A stretch of 64,000 nt of DNA from Chiloscyllium plagiosum (taxonomy: Eukaryota): the NCBI RefSeq assembly GCF_004010195.1, contig NC_057720.1, positions 11,635,510 to 11,699,509 on the forward strand, written 5' to 3'. The notes under the pieces were generated by a model. It ran no database searches, was not told the DNA's origin, and saw only the letters and a program-made list of their open reading frames with translations. Each line of letters opens with the position of its first letter. The first letter of the stretch is position 1. A program made the position numbers and the translations under genes. Shown piece after piece: positions 26,580 through 39,277 of the stretch.

Positions 26580-26728
26580 ACACGACACCAGGTTATAGTC
26601 CAACAGGTTTATGTGAAATCACAAGCTTTTGGTGCAGTGCCCCTTCATTCAGACAAAGCAGCAGTGCTCTTAAAGCTTGTGATTTCAAATAAACCTTTTT
26701 GACTATAACCTGGTGTCATGCGACTTCA
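26580..26728. mobile_element. Fold-back PLE-like element (family 3)
   Basis: gacaccaggttatagtccaacaggtttat...atcacaagcttt is inverted as aaagcttgtgatttcaaataaacc...gactataacctggtgtc; the centre has a degenerate hammerhead-like motif. Confidence 0.6.
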
Positions 26729-29089
26729 GACTAAGTGTGGCCGAACCAACATTTACAAGTTTAACGTAACTTTTCTGCTTTTCAGGCTGTCTCTATTGAA
26801 ATGAATCCTCGGGCATGGGTTGGTTTTATTATGGCTTTGATAACCTGAGCTGCAACTTTTAATGATTAGTAAATTGAAACCCATACCCATTTAAACTCTC
26901 ATCATCCAAGGAATAGCTTGTCAGCTTATTTCTCCGACTAAACTCCAGCACCTCATACTTACCTATGGCAAAATCATTGCTATCCAGCACTGCACCAACC
27001 AGAATTCCCTAGTAACTGGAATTTCCGGACACAGCCTGCTGGATCTTGTCTGTTTGTCAATAAGGCAGCACTTGTAAAGTGAAGCGTGCATGAGTAATGC
27101 AAAATCTATTTGGACTTCGGTGAGGAATGCTGTTATTTAACGTGATAACAAAACTGAAATGATAATTAACTGGTTGAATGCAGTGACCTCAGGCTGCAGT
27201 CAAGGGCTCGCTGAGCACCAGCTGTTCCAACACAGCCCAACTCCCAAAGGCACCAGCTCACCCCGAGAACTGAGAACCAGTGAAAAGAGGCTGTTCTGAC
27301 TGTAACAAGGTTGACATGCATCAACGATTGAATTAGGCCTGAAATTATGGGACCTCTTAGGATCACAGGAACATGGCAACATTTAGTTTATAAAAATGGA
27401 AAATGTAGAGAAATGGAAGCAGCAGCAGATTTTTGAAACATTCCTGAAGATTCTGGGGAGTTTGGGATTATTGTTCATTGAAATGGGATAGAAGATGGTT
27501 AACATGACCATTCGACTTTCGCCTCCATCCATTAAAGGAAGCATTTGATCTTCTTCGGACATCTCCTTTAACCATTTTTGGTTAACTAGCACATCTATTA
27601 CCAGCGCCTGCGAAATGTTCTGCACATTGAAAATTGTTTGCCACTTACACAGGGAGTGAATAGAAGCATACAGCTTTAAGCTACAAATGGCCGCAGGTCC
27701 TGCCGTGTCTATGGCGATGAAGAGTGGAGCTATGAGCAACAATCTTTGATCAGTAAAAAGATTGAGAAGAGGATCTGGGCAAGGCATGGTCTCGTAACCT
27801 CAGTTTTATTAACCAAGGCACAGAGTACAAAAGGAAGTTAAACTTTTATGAAGCACTAGAACAGCATCAGTGTGCATACTTTATAAGAATGTCAAGGATG
27901 TACAAACAATGGCAAGAAAAATGCACAAAACAGCAGCAGGGATGAGGGACTCTTCTTCTGGAGAGAGATGGGAGAAGCAGAAAAGGTGAAGAGGAGATTT
28001 AACAGAGATGTTAAAAATCATGAAAGGCTTTCATGAAGTGAATAAACTTCCCGCTGGCAGGAGAACCGGCAAATTACAAAAAGAACAGATTTAAGATCAT
28101 TGGCGAAAGAAGCAACATAGAAGGAGTAGGCCATTCAGCCCCTCAAGCCTGCTCCACCATTCTTCAAGGAGAAATGTTTTGCTGCATCAAGTTCTAATGA
28201 CCTGCAACATTCTGCCTGAAAAGCTACTGAAGCAGATGCAATGCCAACTTTAAAAAGGGAACTGCACAATAACTTAAAAAGGCGAAATTCATAGAATAAT
28301 GGGAAAAGGGAGGGATTGAGTCAAGGAGGTTGTGGTCTATGGTAACCCACTGGCCTATTAATGCAGAGACTAAGGTAATGCTCTGGGGACCCAGGTACGA
28401 ATCTTGCCATGACAGATCGGGGAAATCTGAGTTACGTTTACAAAGACTGAAATTAATGGTGACCATTGTTGGAAAAACCCATCTGGTACACGAATGTCCT
28501 TTAGGGAAGAAATTGCAGTCATTGCCAGGTCTAGATTACATGCGAGTCCAGACCCACAGTAACATGGTTGACTCTTAAATGCCCTCCAGGAAGGGCAATA
28601 AATGCTGGCCTAGACAGTCATGTCCTCAACCCAAGAATGAATAAATACAAATCAAATAGTCTTTTCACAGAAAAGACACAGGCATGACCGGCCAAATGAC
28701 CTCGTACACTGTTCGATTATATGATTCTCAGAAGGTGCGGTTAATAGGACAGCTTTCTTTCAGGGTAAAGGCTTTTCTCCTCACAAATGTAAAGTGCAAA
28801 GAACCTGCTGGGAATCATCCAAAGCAGAAAGTCAGTCTTCAAGTTGAAGTTCTAGTCTGCACTAAGTTACCAAAACAGAGGCATTCAGCTACACGCTGTG
28901 ATAGTCACCATCTGTGCCCCTTGGTCACAGGCAGTGGAAACGTCATGCAAGTTTCTTGATGCTGAATCACTATCATTCACCACCCAGAACTTTAGCTCAT
29001 ACCAGAAGAATGGCCATTCCAGCAAAAGTAACACTTGGGTGGCCAACAAAATTTCCTATATTTCCTGCTGTCTTGGGAAACAACCAACA

Positions 29090-29408
29090 AAATCAAAGGC
29101 CCCTCCCACCCCGGTTATACTCTCTTCCACCCTTTTCCATCAGGCAGAAGATACAAAAGTTTGTATTCTCGTACGAACAGATTCAATAACAACTTCTTCC
29201 CCGCTGTTATTAGACTTCTGAACGGACCTCTCAAATTTAAATTTAATGTTGATCTTGCTGTTTGTGCATCTTCTCTGTAGCCGTAACACTGTACTGTTCA
29301 CTCTGTTCTCTTACCCGAATGCACTCTGCATGGTGCGATCTGCCTGGGCTGCACACAAAACAAAACTTTTCACTGTACCTAAGACAATGATAAATCAAAT
29401 CAAATCAA
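29090..29408 (+). mobile_element. Rex1/Babar-like LINE 3' end
   Basis: IKGPSHPGYTLFHPFPSGRRYKSL...RFNNNFFPAVIRLLN followed by an (AAATC)n tail. Similar tails at about 1280-1420, 51120-51352 and 34285-34500 (-). Confidence 0.75.
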
Positions 29409-29754
29409 CAGATTGCAGTAGGAGATGAGTCAATCCTATAACAAAAAAAAACAAGTTTATTACAGTTGTCTACATCTCTTCCCAAGCAGCCTCTGGAGTA
29501 TGCTGAAATTAAAAGGAACACAGGGGAGATCCTCCGATGAAGGATCACTGGCTAGAAAGATGAACTTGGCTTCTCTCTCCACAGATGCTTCCTGACCTGC
29601 TCGGCATTTTCTTCTCATTTATTCAGAGAATTAGGGCATTGCTGGCTAGACCAGCATTTATTGCCCCACCGTAACTGCCCAGAGGGCAGTTACGAGTCAA
29701 CCACATCGCTGGGGGTCTGCATTCACATGTAGACAGTAGTGTCTTAGTTTGGGA

Positions 29755-30550
29755 TTACAAGATGTACAGCGTGGGAACAGACACTTCGGTCCAACTCATC
29801 CATGCCAACCAGATATCCCAACCCAAATTTATCCCATTTGCCAGCACCTGGCCCATATCTCTCTAACCCTCCCTATTCATATACCCATCCAGATGCCTTT
29901 TAAATGTTGCAATTGTACCAGCTTCCACCACTTCCTATGGCAGCTCATTACATACACGCACCACCCCCTGCATGAAACAGTTGTCCCTTAGCTCCCTTTT
30001 AAATCTTTCCCCTCTCACTCTAAACCTATGCCCTCTAGTTATGGACTTCCCCACCCTAGGGAAAAGAATTTGTCAATTTATCCAACCGCGCCCCTCATGA
30101 TTCTGTAAGATCACCCCTCACAGCCTCCAACGCTCTGGGAAAACAGCCCCAGCCTATTCAGCTTCTCTCTATAGCTCAAATCCTCCAACCCTGGCAACAT
30201 GCTTGTATATTTTTTCTGAGCCCTTTCAACATCACAACATTCTTCCAACAGGAATCAGCATCTTTCATTTACCTAAATTAAACTCCATCTGCCACTGCTC
30301 AGCCCATCAGCCCATTAGCCCATCTGATCAAGATCCCATTGTACTCTGAGGTAACTTTCTTTGCTGTCCACTACTCCTCCAATTTTGGGTGTCACCTAGA
30401 AACTTACTAACTATACCTCCTATGGTCACATCCACATCATTTATACAAATAACAAAAAGCAGTGGACCCAGCACTGATCCTTGTGGCACACCACTGGTCA
30501 CAGGCGTCCAGTCTGAAAAACAACCCTCCACCACCACCCCTATCTTTGAG
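29755..30550 (-). mobile_element. CR1 LINE fragment (internally deleted), nested in SINE family 2
   Basis: Minus strand [22 protein letters not shown] plus the 3' UTR. Confidence 0.88.
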
Positions 30551-30879
30551 CTAGTCGGTGAAGATGGCAGTTTCCTGAAGGACATTTGTGAACCAGATGT
30601 GTATTTTGTTTTCAGACAACCTACAATGGATTCAGAGTCATAAGTAAGCTCTTAATTCCAAGATTTTCTTTTTAAGTTGAAAGTCAAATTCTACTATTTG
30701 CTATGGTGGGATTTGAACCTGAGTTTCCAGAACAATACTTGGGTTTCAGCTTAACAGTCCAGTGGTAATACCACAAGGCCAATGCCTCCCTAAGTGCAAC
30801 TTTTGCTTTTATTTTAGATTTCCAGTATTTTGCCTTTGGGATAAGGCAATGTCCTCTAAAACCATGAGGTAATGTTATA

Positions 30880-31382
30880 CAGTCACAGAGTCAGACAGCA
30901 CAGAAATAGACCACTCAGTCCAACCAATCCATGGTGAATGTAATCCCAAACTTAACTAGCCCCACCTACCTGGCCCATAGCCCCCCCAAACCTTTCCTAT
31001 TCATGTACTTACCTAAACATTTTTTAAACATTGTACCTGTACCCACGTCCACCATTTCCTCTAAGTTCATTTCACACATTGTGTAAACAAAAAGTCCCAT
31101 GTCTTTTCTAAATCTCCTCTCACCTTTAAAATATGCCCCCAAGTCTTGAAGTCCCCCACCCTAGGGAAAAGACACCTGCCATTCACCTTATCTAAACCCA
31201 TGATTTTATAAACTTTGATAAATTCGCTCCTCAGCCTCCGACGCTCCAGGGAAAACAGCCCCAGCCTATCCAGCCTCTCCTTATAACTCAAACCCTCCAG
31301 TCCTGGCAACATCCTGGTAAGTCTGTTCTGAAACCACCTACAGCTCAATAATATCTTTCTACGAGCACGGCGACCAGAACTG
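30880..31382 (-). mobile_element. CR1 LINE 3' end
   Basis: Minus strand RMLPGLEGLSYKERLDRLGLFSLERRRLR. Confidence 0.88.
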
Positions 31383-32079
31383 TTCTGGGGTCAGGGCTTT
31401 GAATCCCACCATGATAGATGGAGAAATCCGTACGGAATAATCTTCTGGAATTACATAAATCACAAATGAAGCAATGTGCTCCAGAAACCTCTCTTCCCAC
31501 CTAAACAGTTCTGCTTTCTAATCCTTATGCAACTCCATGTTAACAGCAAGTGTGGTCTTTACCTCGATAGATACTTGTGGTGATGTATCATCGGATCAAG
31601 TGGCTATAGTCCAGCCCTCAGACCAGTTTGAAAGAAAAACTCACCCCTTCTCTCCTTCACCACATCACACCTACCCCCTTAACCCCTTTGATGTTTGCCA
31701 CCCCAAGGGCAATGGGTATTCTCAGTTATCAATGTGAATAGACTGACAGGACAGCAACTTGCTGCGCAGGAAAAAAATTGAGTTTGTTTTTAATATGCAT
31801 GCAAATTTTAATTTTAATCTATACAGTTACACAACAGGAAATGGAACTAGAGACAATGTCTTAGAGGAATGAAAAATGAATTTAATATCAGATATTAGGT
31901 AAAACCTTTTGACTTGAAAGGATGAGTAAACACTCAGAAAAATCCAGGCAGGCTGGTGCAGAGAGAAATACTGGGGTCAGCCAAAGTACAAGTGGATGCT
32001 GTCATGATGCGTCCTGGCTTCTGTGTCCTTCTGCAATCTTACAGCACTCCAGGCTCTCTGCTGTCTTCCAATAACTGTT

Positions 32080-32700
32080 CCCCCTGTCCCTCACTAATAC
32101 CCATCACCCCATCCCTCTCCAATACCCATCCCCCCATCCCTCTCCAATACCCGTCCCCTGTCCCTCTCCAATACCCGTCCCCTGTCCCTCTCCAATACCC
32201 GTCCCTTGTCCCTCTCCAATACCCATCTCCCGNNNNNNNNNNNNNNNNNNNNNNNNNNNNNNNNNNNNNNNNNNNNNNNNNNNNNNNNNNNNNNNNNNNN
32301 NNNNNNNNNNNNNNNNNNNNNNNNNNNNNNNNNNNNNNNNNNNNNNCCATGCCCCGTCCTCTCCAATATCCGTCCCCTGTCCCTCTCCAATACCCATCCC
32401 TTGTCCCTCTCAATACCCATCCCCCTGTCCCTCTCCAATACCCATGCCTTGTCCCTCTCCAATACCTGTCCCCTGTCCCTCTCCAATACCTGTCCCCTGT
32501 CCCTCTCTAATACCCATCCCCCTGTCCCTCTCCAATACCCATGCCTTGTCCCTCTCCAATACCCATGCCCCGTCCTCTCCAATACCCGTCCCCTGTCCCT
32601 CTCCAATACCCATGCCTTGTCCCTCTCCAATATCCATGCCCCGTCCTCTCCAATATCCGTACCCTGTCCATCTCCAATACCCGTCCCCTGTCCCTCTCCA
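32080..32700. repeat. About 24-bp minisatellite (cgtcccctgtccctctccaatacc) spanning an N gap at 32233-32346
   Basis: Direct reading; 8-aa periodicity in the ORF track. Confidence 0.95.
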
Positions 32701-33811
32701 GTTTCTGCCAGTCCGACACTGGCAGCCATGTCTAAAGTTGCCTAGCCACTAAATCCTGGACATTGCTCCTTAAAGCTTACTGTACTGCATTAAACTTTAT
32801 TTTTAACTTATTCACTGGATGTGGGAGTTGTTGACTAGGCCAGCATTTTTATTGCCCACAGAGCAGTTAGGAGTCAACCACACTGCTGTGGGCATTGGGG
32901 TTCGGTTAGCTCCGTTCAGTTAGCTGGCCAATCTGAAATGCAGATTAATACTAACAGTGTGGGTTCATTTCCTACATTGGCTGAGGTTATCATGAATGAC
33001 TCGCTTTCCCAACCTCTCCACTCAGCTACGTTGTGGTGACCCTCAGGTTAAATTAGCACCAGTCATTCTCTCTCTCTACTGAGAGATCATATCCCATGTT
33101 GGATTCGATGGGCAAAATGACTTTCTCCCATGCCATAATGACTTCATAACTCTTTGGCACTGTATCAATTTCCATATGTTTTGCCATTTTAAAGGCTTTA
33201 TGCAAATACATGTTATTGTTAATCTGAGGCAGATGACCTACAGTGGGCTAAATGGCTTCCGCATGTCATTGTCTTGCAATCCGGTGATGTAATCGGTCCT
33301 GCTCCAATGGCTTGCACAGTGAGGAATCACTACACAAAAAAAAATTATCCGAAAATCTCTCTCAGTGCCTGATAAAAAAGGGAGCTGAGGCCACCTATTG
33401 GAGAACAGCTGCGCCTCAGTGTTCTACTGTTGCCTCTTGTGGTCATCAAATAGTTTGTGTAACATTAAAATCACATGACAAAATTCGAAGCAGAAAACAT
33501 CTTGCATCATCGCTAGAATTCAGAAATTAAAGCTGCATTACCATTTCCTGTTGTCCCTGACAATGAGCTGATATGAAAAGTACAGAAGTGCTTTCATACC
33601 ATAACAAAAGGCTGTCATTCCACCCACTATGACTTGCGCTGGCTCTTTCAAAGACCAATCCAACTGGTTATATTCACCTCCTCACTGTCATTTGAATCTA
33701 CGTCCAATTCCCTTTCAAACGTTAGTACTGAATCTGCTTCCTGCCCCCTTTTCAGTCAGCACATTCCAGGATATAACAAGCTGAACAATGAACCACTCCT
33801 CCCCCCTCCGA

Positions 33812-34092
33812 GAATACAATCCCTACAGTACGAAAAGGGGCAATTCGGCCCAGCGATTCTGCACTGACCTCTGAAGAGCATCCTACCCAAACACAGTTCC
33901 CCCAAACAATCCCAGGATCTCTCATGGCCAATCCACCTAACCTGCACATCTTTGTGAGTGTGGGAGGAAACCAGAGCACACGGAGGAGACCCACGGGGAA
34001 AATGTGCAAACTCCACATAGACACAAACTCCACGAAACTGGAATCAAAACCAGGACCCTGGCGCTGCAAGGCAGCAGCTCTAACCACTTAGC
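33812..34092 (-). mobile_element. HE1-type SINE
   Basis: Reverse complement of the consensus seen in other copies. Confidence 0.8.
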
Positions 34093-34609
34093 TGTCCTCT
34101 CCAGCTCATTTACCAACACTGAATTTACTGATCACTGCCAGTGTCTTTCAGTTACTGTATCAGTCAGTGAAAAATGTTTCTACGATTTCAGCTATCAAAA
34201 CCTTCATTATTATGAATACCTTGACTAAGTCTTCAGTTTAACAGGTTAAAAGAAAATCACAAATTTAAATTTCACCAAACTACATTTAGAATTAGAATGA
34301 GATTTATTGTCACATGTACTCAAGTACAGGAGTACAATGAAAAGGTTTACAATGTCGCCTCTCACTGTACCATCTCAAGTATAAATCTTAGATACAAAGT
34401 AGAGAAATAAAGAAAAGAAAGTTACATTACCTGACAGTGATACATAGTACAAGTTAGAAAATAATAAATGAAGTTAAAAGGATAAGCATTACAGTCAGTT
34501 AAACAGATTATAGATACAGATCAATTTAGCATCTTTGATTGTTTGAGAAATTAAACTGGGTTAACTTTTTGGAGAATTGAAGTAACTCTTTGCATTAGCA
34601 AGCTTCTGA

Positions 34610-35125
34610 GAACAGTTCTGGTCAGCTCACTAACAGGAGGATGTGATGCTTTGGAGATGGTACAGAAAAGGTTTACCAGAATATTGCCTGGTTTGGGGGA
34701 TTGTAGCTGTGAAGAAAGGTTGGATAGACTGGGGCTGTTTCCACCGAAATGGAGGAGGTTGAGGGGTGACCTGATAGAAGTTTATAAGATTGTGAATGGC
34801 ACGGATAGTTTGGAAAGTCTGAGGATTTTTCCTCGGGTGGAGGGGTCAGTTGCTAGGGGACACAGGTTGGGGGGGGGTGAAGAGTTAAAAAGAGATGTGT
34901 GAGGCAAATTTTCCACACAAAGGGTGGTGAGTGCCAGAGGTGGTGGTGGTGCAATCAGACACAATAGCAGCATTCAAGAGGCACCTGGATGAATACATGA
35001 ACTTGAAGGGAATAGGGGGATACGGATCCTGTAAGTGAAGGCAGTTTTAGTGTGGAAGGGCAAAATGTGTTGTTGTAGGCTTGGAGGGCCAAAGGGCCTG
35101 TTCCGGTGCTGTTTTGTTCTTTATT
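34610..35125 (+). mobile_element. CR1 LINE 3' end
   Basis: EMVQKRFTRILPGL...RLRGDLIEVYKIV. Confidence 0.85.
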
Positions 35126-35332
35126 TTTTAATTGTCAAGCTTATGAAACAGGACAGAATTAACAGAAAGACTCACATTAATCACAATCATCATAAATTCA
35201 CAATGTACCAAAGCACGTTTGAATACTGCTGCAACACTGTATCCATATTGCACACAGCAAGATTCCACAACCTACGTCGGTTTAATCAGTTTCAGTGATG
35301 ATGACTGAGTGGCCAGTGTACTAAGGATGACA

Positions 35333-35482
35333 TGGGAGGAAACCGGAGCACCCGGAGGAAACCCACGCAGACTCGGGGAGAATGTGCAAACTCCACACAA
35401 ACAATCGCCCAAGGTGGGAACTGAACCTGGGTCCCTGTCACTGTGAGACAGTTAGTGCTAACCACTGAGCCACCATGCCACC
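35333..35482 (-). mobile_element. HE1-type SINE, 5' half
   Basis: ggaaaccggagcacccggaggaaacccacgcagac...gctaaccactgagccacc. Confidence 0.82.
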
Positions 35483-35723
35483 CTGGGGACGTGAGTAAAG
35501 AAAACCTAAAAGTAGGAGCTGATTGGTGCAACTAAACCTGATTCAAACGCAAGGCATTTGGAAAGTTAGGTTTATAAAGTTGGGTTTGTTAAGTTAGCTG
35601 TTTGTGGAAAAGTTGTGTCTGTTAAGTGCTGCAATGCATAATCCAAACAGCACACAATGGCAGTGCCAGAAAAAGGTGAACCACAAAATGTGAGCCATCT
35701 TTGAGGCAGTCCACAAATGAGTG

Positions 35724-35822
35724 GAAACAAAAACAGAAATTGCTGGAAAAGCTCAGCGGGTCTGGCAGCATCTGTGGAGAGAAATCAAAGTCAATGTTTC
35801 GGGCCAAGTGACTCTTCCTCAG
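35724..35822 (-). mobile_element. PLE-like fragment (family 2)
   Basis: Minus strand begins CTGAGGAAGAGTCACTTGGCCCGAAACATT. Related fragments lie at about 1545-1630, 12605-12680, 20565-20615, 29535-29610, 49710-49775, 52260-52330 and 60295-60485. Confidence 0.6.
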
Positions 35823-36256
35823 TATTGGTGAAGTGGCTTTTGAGGGAGTTTCAAAATCAGATCGTCAAAACTAAATCATCGGAATCCCTGATGCGATTTG
35901 CTGACCCACAATGTGTGGAATGTGTGCTGGGGAAATGCTGAGAATATTTTCCGTACTGTTTAATAACTTAATAAAGTTGACATGGTCCTAGAGACCATAG
36001 GACTGCTCTCTCATTAGAGAGAGACGACTAGTGGTGAGTTTAACCTGAAAACCTGAGGTTGAGAAAGAGAGTCCTTAATGGTAACCTCAGTCAGTGTGGG
36101 AACTGAACCCACACTATTGGTGTTACTCAATATTGCAAGCCAGCTATCCAACCAAATGACGCCCAAATGATATGTTCTATAGAGTTTCCAACCATAGTTT
36201 GTCTGTAACTCACCTGGCCTCATATTAAGTTGGGGATTGTTAAAAGAAAACTCATG

Positions 36257-36369
36257 GGGAAAATGCAGATGCTGGAGAGTCAGAGTTGAAAAGTGTGGTG
36301 CTGGAAAAGCACAGCATTTGAGGAGCAGGCGAATTGACATTTTGGGCACAAGCCCTTCATCAGGGAGGG
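36257..36369 (-). mobile_element. Penelope-like terminal fragment (family 1)
   Basis: Single arm; TSD aactcatg at 36249-36256 and 36370-36377. Confidence 0.7.
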
Positions 36370-38476
36370 AACTCATGACTACCTTTGTACAATCTAAACA
36401 TTTTTCATCAATAAATTTGCTTGTTTCTAAAATTAAGTTTTATTTTTAATAACTTTGGGTTTTCTTTTGGCTAAAAGAAATGGCCAACTTCACTATATTT
36501 AATTTGATACAATTCAGATACATTGAGCCAATTATAACTGGCCATATCATCAACCTGTTCAAACTAAAGAGTTGTTTTGACTAATAGAAGAGTGGGGCTG
36601 AAAAGGAAGCAGTGCACCTCTCCAGCCTCAATGGTAACACTATTCACAGAGGAAGGTATGTAGAGTATACGGAACCTTGCTTTAGACAGAATTCATGCTT
36701 TGTACAAATGAAGCCAGCTGAAAATGAATAAACATATTAGAGATTGATAGTTTATGCCAGAGTAGCAAGACAGAAAAGACAGGGAAGTACCATTATGAGG
36801 GTTACTGGACAATGGGTCAATATCAATATGATTGCAGCAATATGCAACATCTCCCTCCAAAATCAACAACACCATTCTTGCGAGATTTTAAATCTGAGTG
36901 AGATTAATGAGCTTGAGAAACAAATATTAATTATACAATTAAAAGCTCAATGTAAACTGGTAAGATTGGCAGCTGATGTTAACATAGTCAATTTGCAGGA
37001 AGCAGCTCAAGAATATAGAGTGCATTGGACAATATATATAAAATTGGGCAGAAAAATAGCACAGGAACTGTAGTTCACAGGGACAAGTGCACTCGTAAAT
37101 ACTGCTAAAACTGCAAAGGACGAAGTTGTGAGAGACCCTGGGGTCCTAGAAGAATCGATGTCAAACATGGAACAACAAGGTAAAGTGAATGTTGAACACT
37201 TCAAAAACAACAGTGGCAGAAATATTCTCACCTGGAATGCTAACAAATTGAAATTTGTGCTTTAATATTTACAATAAGAACACACTAGAGGGAGTCATAA
37301 CTTAGTTCTACATACTAATAAAGAAAACCTTTATGTTACATTTAGCTGCATCTGAAAATCTACCACTAAACGCCAACAAATTAATTATATAAACGCTTTC
37401 TCTATTCAAATAAAATTGCCTTTGCACTCTGTCAGCTAGCAGAGACACTGCTAAACCAGACACTGCCAACTGTACCAGAGTATTCAGGGACACAAGAGAG
37501 TCCGTTCATCTACACAGGGGATAAATAGCAGAATTGATAGCGAACATCCTACAAAACAGAAACCAGGGTGTAGGGGTCAAACTTAATTACTCAAAGTGAC
37601 AGGAGGAATGCTGTTTCACAGAAATCCATGCTGGGACCCTGTCACTCAGTATAAAACATTTAGACATGAAAATGTCAAGACTTCAGATTAATATTGTACA
37701 GAAATCTATCAAAAAATCCTTCCTTATTAATTCTATTCCTCAGTGACCCCAGGCTTGCTTTACATCGTTCATGCCTTGGTTCACCGGTATTATTGCCTTA
37801 ACATGTTTGAGATATCTAGCTATGTTCAGATACAATCTCCTGTTCTGCCAAGAAATAAAGAAGTGAGCTGGGTCTGTAACAGCATTGGGCACACAAGTTC
37901 ACATTTGCGCATTTTACAATTCACAAATTATCAAGGTGTCACTTAAGTTAAAAATGTTTTTTAGGCATATTCCCAGACCATTGAGCAAAGTGCTGAGCCA
38001 TCATCTGACCAATATCTGTTCCACTGTCTGAGTAAAGTTATTCTATTACAGAACGGTCAACTAATGTTCATTGCACTCGTCTTTCAGAATACTTTCCTGG
38101 CAATTGATCAAGTCAGAGATAGTATAGTTTGTTCCAGATGTTTTTGTCACAAGTTAGAAATTCCAAGTCAGAGGCTAGGAATCCTGCAGAAAGTAACTCA
38201 CCTCTTGACTCCCCAAAGCCTGTCCACCATCTACAAGGCACAAGTCTGGAGTGTGATGGAATACTCGCCACTTGCCCGGATGGGTGCAGCTCCAACAAGA
38301 AGCTAGACACCAACCAGGACTAAGCAGCCCACTTGATTGGCACCATATCCACAAGCATCCACTTCCTCCAACGCCAATGCTCAGCAGTTGCCATCTACAC
38401 GACGCACTGCAGAAATTCACCAAAATTTCTTAGACAATACCTTCAAAACCCATGATCACTTACATCCAGGAGGAGA

Positions 38477-38954
38477 AGTCGAAAAGTGCTGCACTGGAAA
38501 AGTACAGCAGGTCAGACAGCATCTGCAGAGCAGGAGAATCGATGTTTCAGGCATAAACCCTTCATCAGGAATGGGGTTTGGGGGGCTGAGAGATAAATTG
38601 GGGGAATGTGGGGTTGGGGGGGGAAGGAAGTTGGAAAAGTGGTCGCCCACACTTGACCTGTCCCACCTGTTCATCTTCCTTCCGACCTATCCACTCCATC
38701 CTCCGCTCCAACCTAGCAGCCCCTTCCTGCATCTACCTGTCGCCTTCCCAGCTACCTTCCCTCCAGCCAGCCCCCCATCAATCTCTCAGCCCCCTTTCCC
38801 CCAAACCCACACACACCCCCCACATTCCAGATGAAAGATTAACACCCAAGACATCGACTTTCCTGCTCCTCGGATGCTGCCTGACCTGCTGTGCTCTTCC
38901 AGCGCCACACCCTCGACTCTGACTCGCCAGCATCTGCAGTCCTCACTTTCTTTT
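38477..38954. mobile_element. Penelope-like element with inverted terminal portion (family 1)
   Basis: Inverted arms separated by G-rich then C-rich internal sequence; TSD aggaggaga at 38468-38476 and 38955-38963. Confidence 0.75.
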
Positions 38955-39008
38955 AGGAGGAGACGGGCAATGCTGATAGATTGGAACACCATCACCTGCA
39001 AGTTCCAT

Positions 39009-39277
39009 GATGGAAATGTGTTGCTGGAAAAGCGCAGCAGGTCAGGCAGCATCTAGGGAACAGGAGAATCGACGTTTCGGGCATTAGCCCTTCTTCAGGA
39101 ATGAGGAAAGTTGGTCCAGCAGGCTAAGATAAAAGATAGGGAGGAGGGACTTAGCAGAAGAAGGGCTAATGCCCGAAACGTCGATTCTCCTGTTCCCTAG
39201 ATGCTGCCTGACCTGCTGCGCTTTTCCAGCAACACATTTCCATCTCTGATCTCCAGCATCTGCAGACCTCACTTTCT
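39009..39277. mobile_element. Young fold-back Penelope-like element (family 1)
   Basis: 88-bp inverted arms (39009-39096 and 39157-39244) that read as identical; 14-bp TSD cctgcaagttccat (38995-39008 and 39278-39291). Confidence 0.85.
39067..39103 (-). ncRNA. Minimal type I hammerhead ribozyme motif (PLE-associated), intact core
   Basis: Minus strand reads CAUUC-CUGAAGA-A-GGGC(UAAU)GCCC-GAAA-CGUC-GAUU; stem I is weak. Confidence 0.68.

Noticed and set aside
31956..32752. Multiple long repetitive ORFs
   Set aside because: Artefacts of a stop-poor 24-bp minisatellite and an N gap.
39009..39277. Classical DNA-transposon MITE or miRNA gene
   Set aside because: Arms are asymmetric, TSD length varies among copies, and single-arm copies exist. 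This fits retrotransposon-derived fold-backs better. No miRNA evidence is available.
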